A stretch of 64,000 nt of DNA from an uncultured Actinomycetes bacterium (lineage in GTDB: Bacteria; Actinomycetota; Thermoleophilia; RBG-16-64-13), in NCBI GenBank assembly GCA_963706025.1, contig CAVPLM010000005.1, positions 128,001 to 192,000 on the forward strand. Direction: 5' to 3'. Of this stretch, positions 1-9,342 are shown piece after piece. The position numbers and the translations under genes were made by a program. The notes below the pieces were generated by a model. It did no database searches, was not told the DNA's origin, and saw only the letters and a program-made list of their open reading frames with translations. Each line of letters opens with the position of its first letter. Within the stretch, counting starts at the first letter, position 1.

Positions 1-91
1 TGTTGTTTGCACCAAAGCGCGCATATGGAAGGTGCGGATCAGCCGCCGTCCAGTGACCCTGAGCAGGAGTTTCTGCCAAAACATCGTATGG

Positions 92-127
92 AGTGTTGCA
101 AAGTGGGGAGAATTGGTTTAAAGTGGG
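92..127 (+). promoter_or_regulatory. Putative MraZ-binding direct repeats upstream of mraZ
   Basis: AGTGTT(92), AGTGGG(102), ATTGGT(112), AGTGGG(122) recur with an exact 10-bp period, resembling the GTGG/TGGG repeats MraZ binds at dcw promoters. Confidence 0.7.
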
Positions 128-140
128 GGACATGCAAGAT

Positions 141-554
141 ATGTTGCTATCTGGCGAGTTCGACCACACTCTCGACCCTAAGGGCCGGGTGACTCTGCCG
201 GCGCGGTATCGCGACTACTTCCGTGACGGCGCGGTTCTCGTGCGCTTCCAGGACAGCGAACCATGCGTGCGCGTATATCACCCGCTTTCCTGGAAAGAGT
301 TCGATCAGAAATACCTGGAACCTCTCAACGTCTTTGAGAACGAGGCCGACAGCTGGCGCACGCGGACGATCTACAAGAATCAGGATACGGTCGAAGTCGA
401 TCGCCAAGGCCGGGTCCTACTGCCGGCCAAGCGCATCAAGGAGCTGGGGCTGTCCGGCAGGGTGAAGATCGTGGGCAACCGCACGCATCTAGAGATATGG
501 AATCCGGGCACTCTGGCTGCGATGGAAGAAGAAAAGGGAGTCGGGAATGCCTAG
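141..554 (+). CDS. mraZ: Division/cell wall cluster transcriptional repressor MraZ
   Basis: GEFDHTLDPKGRVTLP and VDRQGRVLLP motifs; first gene of the dcw cluster; start moved to ATG 141. Confidence 0.95.
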   Translation: MLLSGEFDHTLDPKGRVTLPARYRDYFRDGAVLVRFQDSEPCVRVYHPLSWKEFDQKYLEPLNVFENEADSWRTRTIYKNQDTVEVDRQGRVLLPAKRIKELGLSGRVKIVGNRTHLEIWNPGTLAAMEEEKGVGNA

Positions 555-1512
555 CGCGGCGGCTTCCCTCGTCACGGAGATGGCCATGGCCCATGTCCCG
601 GTACTGACTGATGAACTGCTCGAACTGCTGGACGTGCGTTCGGACAGCCGAGTGGTCGACTGCACGTTCGGTGGCGGCGGGCACGCGGAAGCCGTGGCTG
701 GTAGCCTTGGTCCCCAGGGCCTGCTCGTCGCCTGCGACCAGGACCCGATCGCCGAGGGCTACTACCTGACACTGAAGACTGGCCTACTCTGCCCCTCTCG
801 CTTCTGCTTGGGCAATTTCGCCGCCGTCCTGCCTCGTCTTCTCGAAGAGGGTCTGAGAGCTACGCAGGTATACATGGATCTTGGCGTGAGCAGCATGCAG
901 ATCGACACGCCGGACAGGGGCTTCTCCTACAGCTACGACGCTCCCCTGGACATGCGTATGGATCCGTCTCTGCCTGTCACCGCCGCGGACATCCTCAACG
1001 GCTGGGCGGAGGCGGCGCTGACGGAGCTCTTTGGCCGTTACGGAGAGGAGCGTTATTCGCGGCGCATCGCCCGCGCGGTGACAGTGCGCAGGTCCTCTGC
1101 CCCCTACACCCGGACATCGGATTTGGTCGACACGATCAAAGGAGCTATTCCCACCCCCGCCCGCTTCGGCGCCGGCAATCCTGCCCGCCGAGTGTTCCAA
1201 GCGCTGCGCATCGAGGTCAACGACGAGCTCAACAGCCTGAAGCGGGCTCTGCCCGAGGCCTTCTCACTGCTGGACCCGGGCGGGATCATGGCGGTGATCA
1301 GCTTCCATTCACTCGAAGACCGTATCGTCAAGGAGTTCTTTGCCGCCAAGGCTCGATCGTGCACCTGTCCTCCCGAGTTCCCCATCTGCGTGTGCGGTGG
1401 GGCCGCCACCGGAGAAGTGCTCACTCCCAAGGCCGTCACCCCTGGAATGCGAGAGCTGGAGATCAATCCTCGCTCGAGCTCGGCCAAGCTCCGGGCTCTT
1501 AGGAAGTTCTGA
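547..1512 (+). CDS. rsmH: 16S rRNA m4C1402 methyltransferase RsmH
   Basis: HVPVL, DCTFGGGGH, DLGVSSMQID, PLDMRMD, ISFHSLEDRIVK motifs. Confidence 0.97.
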   Translation: MPSAAASLVTEMAMAHVPVLTDELLELLDVRSDSRVVDCTFGGGGHAEAVAGSLGPQGLLVACDQDPIAEGYYLTLKTGLLCPSRFCLGNFAAVLPRLLEEGLRATQVYMDLGVSSMQIDTPDRGFSYSYDAPLDMRMDPSLPVTAADILNGWAEAALTELFGRYGEERYSRRIARAVTVRRSSAPYTRTSDLVDTIKGAIPTPARFGAGNPARRVFQALRIEVNDELNSLKRALPEAFSLLDPGGIMAVISFHSLEDRIVKEFFAAKARSCTCPPEFPICVCGGAATGEVLTPKAVTPGMRELEINPRSSSAKLRALRKF

Positions 1513-2042
1513 TGGCCGGCAGCACTCGGTCAGCCTGGATGGACGCCTGGGGGAAAGACCTGGTCCCTTCGGACGCGGCCAGGCGGAGCGCGACTCGCCT
1601 TGAGGCTCGCTCCCGCTCCGCCCGCTACTACGGGCGGGAGGCGACCGCTCGTCGGCTGTCTCAAGCAGAGCCGGAGGCCCAGTACGCTAAGGCTTTACCC
1701 GAACTTAAGGTAGTCAGCCGGCGGAGACCTCGCTGGGGAGCCATTCTTGTCGCGCTGGTGCTCGCCTCCTTCTTACTGGGGGTGTCGATCGTGGTGCCGA
1801 TGCTTGTCAGCGGCGCCACCACTGAGATCGAGTCCGCCGTAGGCGAGTTGGAGGCGCAACAGCGGGAACTTGCTGCGGCTGCCTCCACCCTATCGGCCCA
1901 GGTCTCCGCTCTTTCCTCTCCCGAGCGCGTGGCTGAGCAAGCGATCCAGTTGGGCCTCGTTCCGGCCCAATCGGTCCATTATCTTCAGGCCGAGAGCGGG
2001 ACGGCGGCATCGGAGGGTGATACCACGGTCGCCGGTCGGTGA
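1512..2042 (+). CDS. ftsL: Cell division protein FtsL-like
   Basis: Single TM helix, coiled coil and SPERVAEQAIQLGL; lies between rsmH and ftsI. Confidence 0.75.
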   Translation: MAGSTRSAWMDAWGKDLVPSDAARRSATRLEARSRSARYYGREATARRLSQAEPEAQYAKALPELKVVSRRRPRWGAILVALVLASFLLGVSIVVPMLVSGATTEIESAVGELEAQQRELAAAASTLSAQVSALSSPERVAEQAIQLGLVPAQSVHYLQAESGTAASEGDTTVAGR

Positions 2043-3703
2043 CCATGAGCCGCGCCAACAAGCGCATCGCGCTGTTCATGGGCTTCGCCCTCCTGTTCCT
2101 CGGTGCCCTGTTGGCCCGGGCCTTCTACGTGCAGGTGGTCGCGGCGCCCGGACTTCAAGAAAAGGCGGAGAACCAGCACGTGCGCACGGTCAAGTTGGAT
2201 GCTCCCCGGGGGACCATCTATGACCGTGATGGCCAACCGCTGGCCGTATCGCAGACGATGGCCACGGTCTACGCGAACCCGAGCCGCATAGGAGATCCCG
2301 CCGGGGTAGCCAAGCGGCTGGCACCCATACTCGGGTGCTCCGAGGAGCAACTGGTGGCCAAGTTGACCGGCGACTCTTACTCGGAGTGTCTCGCGCGAAA
2401 GATCGATCAAGCCGCGGGAGAACGGGTGAAAGAACTCGAGATCCCAGACGTCTGGGTAGTGGCGGAGGACAAGAGGATCTACCCCAAGGGCGCCCTGGCC
2501 CCGCAACTGCTGGGTTTCGTCGGCACCGATAACGAGGGGCTGGCGGGCATCGAATACGAGAATGAAGAAGTGCTCTCCGGCACCCCCGGCACCATGCAGG
2601 TCGTGAGCGACCTCTCCGGGAACCGTCTGGCCACGGTCTCCGTGGAGGCGGCCGTTCCGGGTGAATCCATCACCCTGACTATCGATGAGGACATCCAGTT
2701 CGAGACCGAGAAGGTGCTCACCGCGGTGGTGGAGGAGTTCGAGGCCAAGAGAGCCTGCGCTATCGTTCTTGAGCCCGACACCGGGGAGATACTTGCCATG
2801 GCCAACACTCCCGTGTTCGACACCAACGCGTTCAGCTCGGTCGAGGAGCCGGACCGTCGCAACATGGTGGTGAACGACCAGTACGAGCCCGGGTCCACGT
2901 TCAAGATGGTCGTCACCGCGGCGGCTCTGGAAGGGGGGTTGGTCACCCCGGAGACCACTTTCATATTGGGAAAAGAGATCGAGGTCTACGACCGCGTGGT
3001 CCATGAGTCTCATGCTGAAAGCGTCCCCGACAGGCGGGAGTTGACGGTCACCCAGATACTCGCCCAATCCTCCAACGTGGGGGCGGTGCAACTCGGTCTG
3101 GAAGTCGGCAAGACGCGCCTGGTCGAGATGATCCGCCGGTTCGGGTTCACAGAGAAGCTCGGGATCGGTTTTCCGGGGGAAGCCGACGGCCAGATGCTCG
3201 CTCCGGAGAAATGGTCCGGGACCACCATCGCAAACGTCCCCATCGGTCAGGGGATCGCGGCGTCGCCGCTGCAACTCGCCGCCGCCTACGCAGCTGTCGC
3301 AAATGACGGTCAGCTGGTACAGCCCCATCTCGTCCGCGACTCGAGCCGGCCCTGGACGCGCCGGGTGGTGAGTTCGACAGTGGCGGCTGAGTTGCGAGAC
3401 ATGCTGACCGTCACGGTGGAAGACGGCACCGGCAAACTGGCCCAGGTCAAGGGCTACGTCGTAGCAGGGAAGACGGGGACGGCCCAGAAGGTGAAGACCG
3501 ATGGCAGCGGCTATGCAGAAGACCGTTACATCGCTTCGTTCGTGGGCATGGTGCCCGCCGATGCACCGCGTCTGGTGATCCTGGTCATGGTGGACGAGCC
3601 GGCCAACCAACACCTCGGAGCTTACGTGGCCGCTCCGGCCTTCGCCCAGATCGCGGATTTCTCACTCAAATGCCTGGGCATCGGGCCCTCGACCGCGGAC
3701 TGA
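2039..3703 (+). CDS. ftsI: Class B penicillin-binding protein FtsI (no PASTA domain)
   Basis: RGTIYDR, EPGSTFK (SxxK), SSNVG (SxN), GKTGTAQ (KTG). Confidence 0.93.
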   Translation: MTMSRANKRIALFMGFALLFLGALLARAFYVQVVAAPGLQEKAENQHVRTVKLDAPRGTIYDRDGQPLAVSQTMATVYANPSRIGDPAGVAKRLAPILGCSEEQLVAKLTGDSYSECLARKIDQAAGERVKELEIPDVWVVAEDKRIYPKGALAPQLLGFVGTDNEGLAGIEYENEEVLSGTPGTMQVVSDLSGNRLATVSVEAAVPGESITLTIDEDIQFETEKVLTAVVEEFEAKRACAIVLEPDTGEILAMANTPVFDTNAFSSVEEPDRRNMVVNDQYEPGSTFKMVVTAAALEGGLVTPETTFILGKEIEVYDRVVHESHAESVPDRRELTVTQILAQSSNVGAVQLGLEVGKTRLVEMIRRFGFTEKLGIGFPGEADGQMLAPEKWSGTTIANVPIGQGIAASPLQLAAAYAAVANDGQLVQPHLVRDSSRPWTRRVVSSTVAAELRDMLTVTVEDGTGKLAQVKGYVVAGKTGTAQKVKTDGSGYAEDRYIASFVGMVPADAPRLVILVMVDEPANQHLGAYVAAPAFAQIADFSLKCLGIGPSTAD

Positions 3704-3745
3704 ACGGTGGGAGCTCCGGGTCGGCGCCGGGCAGGACCCACCGGA

Positions 3746-3754
3746 TGGTAGAAT
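3746..3754 (+). promoter_or_regulatory. Extended -10 promoter, probable leaderless murE transcript
   Basis: TGGTAGAAT ends 7 nt before the GTG at 3762; no SD is present. Confidence 0.6.
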
Positions 3755-3761
3755 CCCGGTC

Positions 3762-5288
3762 GTGAGACTCAGTGACCTCTTCGCCAGTGTGGAGGGCTGT
3801 CGCCTGGCCGGCGCTGCCGATGTCCACATCAGTTCACTCAGCTATCGGAGCGACCAAGCTGGTGAGGGCACCCTCTTCTTCTGCGTGCCTGGATTCGTGC
3901 GTGATGGGCACGACTTCGCGCCGGACGCGGTCGCTCGGGGGGCGAGCGCCCTGTGTGTCGAGCGACCCCTCGACCTTCCGGTCGCGCAGGTGGTAGTGCC
4001 TTCGGTGCGGCAGGCTATGGGACCGGTGGCTGCGGCGTTCTACGGTCGCCCGAGTTCTCGTCTACTCACAGTGGGCATCACAGGTACCAACGGCAAGACC
4101 ACCTCTGCTTTCCTGGTGGCCCACCTCTTGGATCGCGCAGGTCACAGGGCGGGACTCATGGGCACGGTGGAGCGCCGGATCGGAGGCGAGGTCCTTCCGG
4201 CCGGACGCACCACTCCGGAAGCGCTCGACATCCAGCGGGACCTGGCTAGCATGGTGGCGGCTGGGGACGAGGCGGCGGTGATGGAGGTGTCGTCTCACGC
4301 CCTCGATCTCGGCCGGGCTCGGGGAATCGATTTCCGGGCGGTGGCGTTCACCAACCTGACCCAGGACCACCTCGACTATCACGAGACCCTCGAAGCATAT
4401 TTCTCCGCCAAAAGCCGGCTGTTTCTCGATCCCGAGTTCGCCGGCGGAAGACCCGCGATAGTGATCAACGTCGACGATGCCTTCGGTCGGATGCTGGCGA
4501 ACCGGTGTGACCCTCAGAACATGATCCGAATCTCGAGCTCCGGCCAGTGGTCGGGACCGGACGCCGCGGAGATGGAGTTGAGCGACTTCGTCATCGATGC
4601 CAGCGGCACCAAGGGCGTTCTCGTCCTGCGCGGAAAGGCTCGCGAGCGGGCGAAGGGGGTCGGCGGTCCCGAGTCGCGCCTCGAAGTGGAGACCCGTCTG
4701 GTGGGAGCGTTCAACGTGGCGAACACCCTCACCGCCTTGGGCATCGGTCTGGGTCTTGGTCTGGATCTGGAGCATATGCTGTTTGCACTCAGCGCGTTCC
4801 CCGGCGTCCCTGGCCGGATGGAACCGGTGGATGCCGGGCAGGACTTCGCTGTGCTGGTCGATTACGCGCATACGCCCGACTCCGTGCGCAATGTGCTGAG
4901 CACGGCTCGAGAGATCACGAAGGGCCGGCTCATCGCTGTGCTGGGTTGCGGGGGGGATCGTGATCGGGGCAAACGCCCCCAGATGGGCCACGAGGCGGAG
5001 ATCGGAGCGGATGTTGTGGTGATCACCTCCGACAATCCGCGCACGGAGCGGCCCGAAGCCATAATCGCCGATATCGTAGCGGGTCTGGAGCGCCCTTCCG
5101 ACGCCAAAGTGCGGCCGGACCGCCGGAAAGCCATCGAGGAGGCCGTCGTCGAGGCGCGCGCCGGCGACGTGGTTCTGATCTTGGGCAAGGGCCATGAATC
5201 CGGGCAGGAGTTTGCGACCGAGACCCTACCTTTCGACGATCGGTCGGTGGCCCGGGAGGCCCTGACCTCGCGGGCGAGGGGTCGGTAG
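3762..5288 (+). CDS. murE: UDP-MurNAc-dipeptide--meso-diaminopimelate ligase MurE
   Basis: GTNGKTT, FTNLTQDHLDYH, DYAHTPD; DNPR motif typical of mDAP-adding enzymes. Confidence 0.96.
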   Translation: MRLSDLFASVEGCRLAGAADVHISSLSYRSDQAGEGTLFFCVPGFVRDGHDFAPDAVARGASALCVERPLDLPVAQVVVPSVRQAMGPVAAAFYGRPSSRLLTVGITGTNGKTTSAFLVAHLLDRAGHRAGLMGTVERRIGGEVLPAGRTTPEALDIQRDLASMVAAGDEAAVMEVSSHALDLGRARGIDFRAVAFTNLTQDHLDYHETLEAYFSAKSRLFLDPEFAGGRPAIVINVDDAFGRMLANRCDPQNMIRISSSGQWSGPDAAEMELSDFVIDASGTKGVLVLRGKARERAKGVGGPESRLEVETRLVGAFNVANTLTALGIGLGLGLDLEHMLFALSAFPGVPGRMEPVDAGQDFAVLVDYAHTPDSVRNVLSTAREITKGRLIAVLGCGGDRDRGKRPQMGHEAEIGADVVVITSDNPRTERPEAIIADIVAGLERPSDAKVRPDRRKAIEEAVVEARAGDVVLILGKGHESGQEFATETLPFDDRSVAREALTSRARGR

Positions 5289-6829
5289 TGATCGTGCTCA
5301 GCACAGAGGAGGCGGGGCGCGCGCTCGGCCTTCGGCCGTTGGCCGCGCCCGTGACAGGCGTTTGCATCGACAGTCGGCAGGTCCGGCCCGGGGACCTGTT
5401 CGTGGCGCTGCAAGGCGAGCGTTTCGACGGTCATGATTTCGTCGCCGAGGCCCTCGCCGCGGGCGCGTCCGGAGCCCTGGTGGAGGGGCGGCGATGGACG
5501 GACGAAAGAACCGGGGAGCTGGTTCGGCCGGTCCCTAGTGGGGCGGCTCCGACTCTTGATGCAAGACGGATGGTATATCCAGTCGACGATACGCTGGTGG
5601 CGTTGAGCGCCCTGGCCAGGGAAGTGCGGCGGAAGTCGGCAGCAACGGTTGTGGCCGTCACGGGAAGCGTGGGCAAGACCAGCACCAAGGACCTTATCAG
5701 CGCGATGGCTGGGAGAGCGCGCCGGGTGGTGGTCACGGCTGCGAACCAGAACAACGAGGTGGGAGTGCCTCTCACGCTGCTTGCCATCGAGCCAGACACG
5801 GAGTTGGTCGTTGTCGAGATGGGCATGAGGGGACACGGTCAGATCGAAGCCCTCGCCCGAGTGGCCGAACCCGACATAGGGGTCGTCACGAACATCCATC
5901 CAGTTCACCTAGAGCTTCTGGGAACTCTCGAGAATGTGGCTAAAGCTAAGGCTGAGCTATTGGGCTCTTTGAGGCCTGGCGGGGTGGCGGTCATCCCCGC
6001 GGACTGCGGTCTCCTGGGGCCTTACGTCGCCGCCGCGTCCTGCCGGGTGGTCAGGTTCAGCTTTGGTTCCACGGCCGTGGTTGGCGATGGTGCAGAGGTC
6101 CACGGCTTCTTGCGCTCGGACGGGCCGAAGGGGACTGCGGTCTTGTGCCTGCATTGGCCTGAGGGTGAAGCCGAGGTTGAGGTCCCCTTCGGCTCCCGGC
6201 ACCGTCTTGAGAACGCAGTGGCGGCCGCCGCCGCCTGCTATGCCGCCGGTCTACCCATGGACCGGTGCGTTGCCGGAGTGGCGGACGCCCGCTTCAGCAG
6301 GTCTCGGGGAGACATCATGCGCCTGCCGGGGGTCACGCTGATCGACGACACCTACAACGCCAGCCCGGCGGCGGTCCGGGCGGCACTCGACGACCTCGTC
6401 GAGCTTGCGGCGGAATCGGGTGGTCGGCCGGTGGCCGTCCTGGGTGACATGTTGGAGCTGGGAAGGGGCGCGCAGGATTACCATGAAGCCACGGGCGCCT
6501 ACGCGGCTGAGGCCGGGGTGGGTGCTCTTTGGGGAGTGGGCCCTCTGTCTCGTTACACCGTCGAGGGTTTCCGCCGAGCGCGGGCCTGGGGCGCTGAGAA
6601 GGAGACGTCACTGCCCCTGCGGGCAGGAAATCTGCGTTCGGCCGACGAAGCCTCCCCCGTATTGGCAGGCTTGCACCGCGGCGATGTGGTCCTCCTCAAA
6701 GCTTCGCGAAGCATGGGGTTGGAGGTCCTGGTGCAGCACATCGCCGAGGAAGCGGCGGCCGGTAGGTGGCTTGGTCCGTCTGAGGCGGATGCGGACAAGG
6801 ATGGTTCGACGGAGGGATCGCAGGCATGA
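5288..6829 (+). CDS. murF: UDP-MurNAc-tripeptide--D-Ala-D-Ala ligase MurF
   Basis: IDSR, VTGSVGKTSTK, NNEVGVP, DDTYNASP, LGDMLELG, LKASR. Confidence 0.95.
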   Translation: MIVLSTEEAGRALGLRPLAAPVTGVCIDSRQVRPGDLFVALQGERFDGHDFVAEALAAGASGALVEGRRWTDERTGELVRPVPSGAAPTLDARRMVYPVDDTLVALSALAREVRRKSAATVVAVTGSVGKTSTKDLISAMAGRARRVVVTAANQNNEVGVPLTLLAIEPDTELVVVEMGMRGHGQIEALARVAEPDIGVVTNIHPVHLELLGTLENVAKAKAELLGSLRPGGVAVIPADCGLLGPYVAAASCRVVRFSFGSTAVVGDGAEVHGFLRSDGPKGTAVLCLHWPEGEAEVEVPFGSRHRLENAVAAAAACYAAGLPMDRCVAGVADARFSRSRGDIMRLPGVTLIDDTYNASPAAVRAALDDLVELAAESGGRPVAVLGDMLELGRGAQDYHEATGAYAAEAGVGALWGVGPLSRYTVEGFRRARAWGAEKETSLPLRAGNLRSADEASPVLAGLHRGDVVLLKASRSMGLEVLVQHIAEEAAAGRWLGPSEADADKDGSTEGSQA

Positions 6830-7806
6830 CAAAAGTCATGGCGGCTACATTGGTGGCTATGGTCATCGCGATGCTCGCGGGACCGCGCTACATCCGCTGG
6901 CTGCAGCGGAGGGGGATCGGGCAGACCATCCGGGAACTGACCCCCGAGCGGCACAGTGCCAAAGAGGGCACTCCCACGATGGGGGGCGTGCTCATCCTAG
7001 TAGCGGCGGTCATCCCGTATCTCATCTTCGCCAGCAAGGCGGTACCCAGTCTGGTGGTGTTCATAGTGGCCTTCGGATCAGGTGCGATCGGCCTGGCCGA
7101 CGATCTGATCAGCAAGCGACGGCAGCGCTCTCTGGGGCTCAGTGCCAGGATCAAGCTGCTGCTGCAGGTGCCGTTGGTCGTGTTGGCGGTGTTCATAGCG
7201 CTCCGCTGGGGAGGCGTGGACACCGATCTCACGTTGCCGTTCGTACGTGAGGGGCTCGCCATCGGCGGGTTCTATTATGTATTCGCCTTCTTTCTCATCG
7301 CCGGTTTCTCCAATGCCGTGAACCTCACCGATGGCCTGGACGGGTTAGCTGCGGGGGCGGTCGCGGTGGCTATGTTCGCCTATGCTGGGATCGCTTTTCT
7401 CAGGGGGGAGACCGACCTGGCTGTGTTGGCTTCCTGTTTGACGGGGGCCTCGGTGGGCTTCCTCTGGTACAACACCCATCCGGCCAGCGTGTTCATGGGA
7501 GATACGGGCTCTCTGGCGCTGGGCGCGGGCCTGGCGGGGATCGCGATCGCGACGGAGATGGAGATACTGCTCCTTTTGATCGGCGGATTGTTCGTCGTGG
7601 AAGCCCTGAGCGTCATGATCCAGGTCATCAGCTTCCGCTTCTTCCACCGCCGGGTCTTCCTCATGGCCCCGCTCCACCATCATTTCGAGCTCAAGAATTG
7701 GTCCGAGACCAAGATCATCGTGCGCTTCTGGATAATCGCGGCGATCCTGGCTGCCGCTGGGTTCGCCCTCTATTACCTCAGCAACACCCGTCTCCCGGCG
7801 GTCTGA
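6826..7806 (+). CDS. mraY: Phospho-MurNAc-pentapeptide transferase MraY
   Basis: GTPTMGG, NAVNLTDGLDGLA, FMGDTGS, MAPLHHHFE. Confidence 0.97.
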   Translation: MTKVMAATLVAMVIAMLAGPRYIRWLQRRGIGQTIRELTPERHSAKEGTPTMGGVLILVAAVIPYLIFASKAVPSLVVFIVAFGSGAIGLADDLISKRRQRSLGLSARIKLLLQVPLVVLAVFIALRWGGVDTDLTLPFVREGLAIGGFYYVFAFFLIAGFSNAVNLTDGLDGLAAGAVAVAMFAYAGIAFLRGETDLAVLASCLTGASVGFLWYNTHPASVFMGDTGSLALGAGLAGIAIATEMEILLLLIGGLFVVEALSVMIQVISFRFFHRRVFLMAPLHHHFELKNWSETKIIVRFWIIAAILAAAGFALYYLSNTRLPAV

Positions 7807-7808
7807 CC

Positions 7809-9326
7809 TTGGTCGCGCCCGAAAACCGGCATCGGGAGGTCGTACCGGGAGGGGCCGGCCTGCCCCCGTGGGTGCGCCGCGTGCTGGTGTTGGGAGCCAG
7901 CCGCTCCGGCACCAGCGCCGCCATGGCCTTGGCCGGCCTGGGACTCGAGGTGTATCTCGCCGATCGCAAAGACCCCGATTCGTTGTCCGGCATGGCGGCG
8001 ACCTCGGCCGCCGGAGTGCGCTTCCTGAAGGAAGAAGACCTGGCCTCAAGCTGGCCTACGCCCGATCTGGTGGTGAAGAGCCCGGGCGTGCCGGGAGAGG
8101 TCTGGCCGGTGGTCAGCGCCCGCCGGCAGGGAGTGCCCGTTTGGAGCGAAGTGGAGCTGGCTTACGTCCTGCTCCCGAATCCGTTCGATGCCATCACCGG
8201 CACCAACGGCAAGACCACCACCACCGCCCTCCTCGGACACCTCTTCTCCACCGCGGGCCGGCCTGCGCGGGTCCTCGGCAACATCGGTGTGGCCGTGACC
8301 TCGGCCGCGAGCGATGCCGGCCCTGGCGAGGAACTGGTAGTGGAGGTATCGAGCTTCCAATTGGAGGATATCCACTCCTTCCGGCCGGCGGCCGGCGTGT
8401 TTCTGAATCTGACCGCGGACCATTTGGACCGTCATGGAAGTATGGAGCGGTATATGGCCTGCAAATCGAGGCTCTTTGCCAACCAGCGCCCCGGGGACGC
8501 AGCCGTGCTCAATCTCACCGACCCGGTGGTCGCGGGGCTGGGGGCAGAGTTGGCGGGCCGCGTCGATGGTCCGCGGGTGTCGTTCTTCTCGGTGAAGGGG
8601 GCGGAGCCGGTGGCCGTCTCGAGGGCCACCGGCTCCGCCCCGACCGTCGTGGCGCCCGCCGGACACGCCCGGGGTGAGAGTGTGGTCTTCTCGCCGGCTG
8701 CCTGGGTGGCCGATGGTCGGGTCTTTCTGCAGGGAGAGCCGGTGCTCCGAGTGGGCGACATCCGACTACCCGGTGTTCATAACTTGGAGAACTGCCTGGC
8801 TGCGGGCTTGGCCGCAGTCGCTCGGGGAGTCGAGAAAGCCGCCGTGGCGGAAGGGTTGCGCACTTTTGCCGGGGTGGCACACCGCCTGGAGAGCGCAGGA
8901 ATCATCGCGGGGGTGACGTATGTCAACGATAGCAAGGCGACCAACGTCGAAGCGACGCTGACGGCTCTGAGAACCTACCCGGAAAGGATCCATCTGATCT
9001 TGGGGGGGCGGGACAAGGCTTCGGACTACCGGCCGATCGCTCGTGCCTGTTCCCAAGGGTGCCGGGCGGTCTATCTCATCGGCGAGGCCGCCCCTCTTAT
9101 CGCGGAGGCTTTCGCCGAGGTGCGATTGCGAGAGGGTCGGGACGAGCTGCCCGAGCCCAGGACGTCCGGAGACCTGGAGAGTGCGGTGCTGGCGGCCGCG
9201 GCGGCGGCCGTCGCCGGAGACGTGGTGCTTCTCGCGCCCGCATGCGCCAGTTTTGACCAGTACAGGGACTTCGAAGAGCGAGGGGATCACTTCCGGGCCA
9301 TCGTGGCCGGGCTGGCCGGAAAGTGA
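7809..9326 (+). CDS. murD: UDP-MurNAc-L-Ala--D-Glu ligase MurD (start uncertain)
   Basis: KSPGVP, ITGTNGKTTT, EVSSFQL, DHLDRH, NDSKATN, PACASFDQ. Confidence 0.95.
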   Translation: MVAPENRHREVVPGGAGLPPWVRRVLVLGASRSGTSAAMALAGLGLEVYLADRKDPDSLSGMAATSAAGVRFLKEEDLASSWPTPDLVVKSPGVPGEVWPVVSARRQGVPVWSEVELAYVLLPNPFDAITGTNGKTTTTALLGHLFSTAGRPARVLGNIGVAVTSAASDAGPGEELVVEVSSFQLEDIHSFRPAAGVFLNLTADHLDRHGSMERYMACKSRLFANQRPGDAAVLNLTDPVVAGLGAELAGRVDGPRVSFFSVKGAEPVAVSRATGSAPTVVAPAGHARGESVVFSPAAWVADGRVFLQGEPVLRVGDIRLPGVHNLENCLAAGLAAVARGVEKAAVAEGLRTFAGVAHRLESAGIIAGVTYVNDSKATNVEATLTALRTYPERIHLILGGRDKASDYRPIARACSQGCRAVYLIGEAAPLIAEAFAEVRLREGRDELPEPRTSGDLESAVLAAAAAAVAGDVVLLAPACASFDQYRDFEERGDHFRAIVAGLAGK

Positions 9327-9342
9327 TCGAAAGGGAGCCTCA

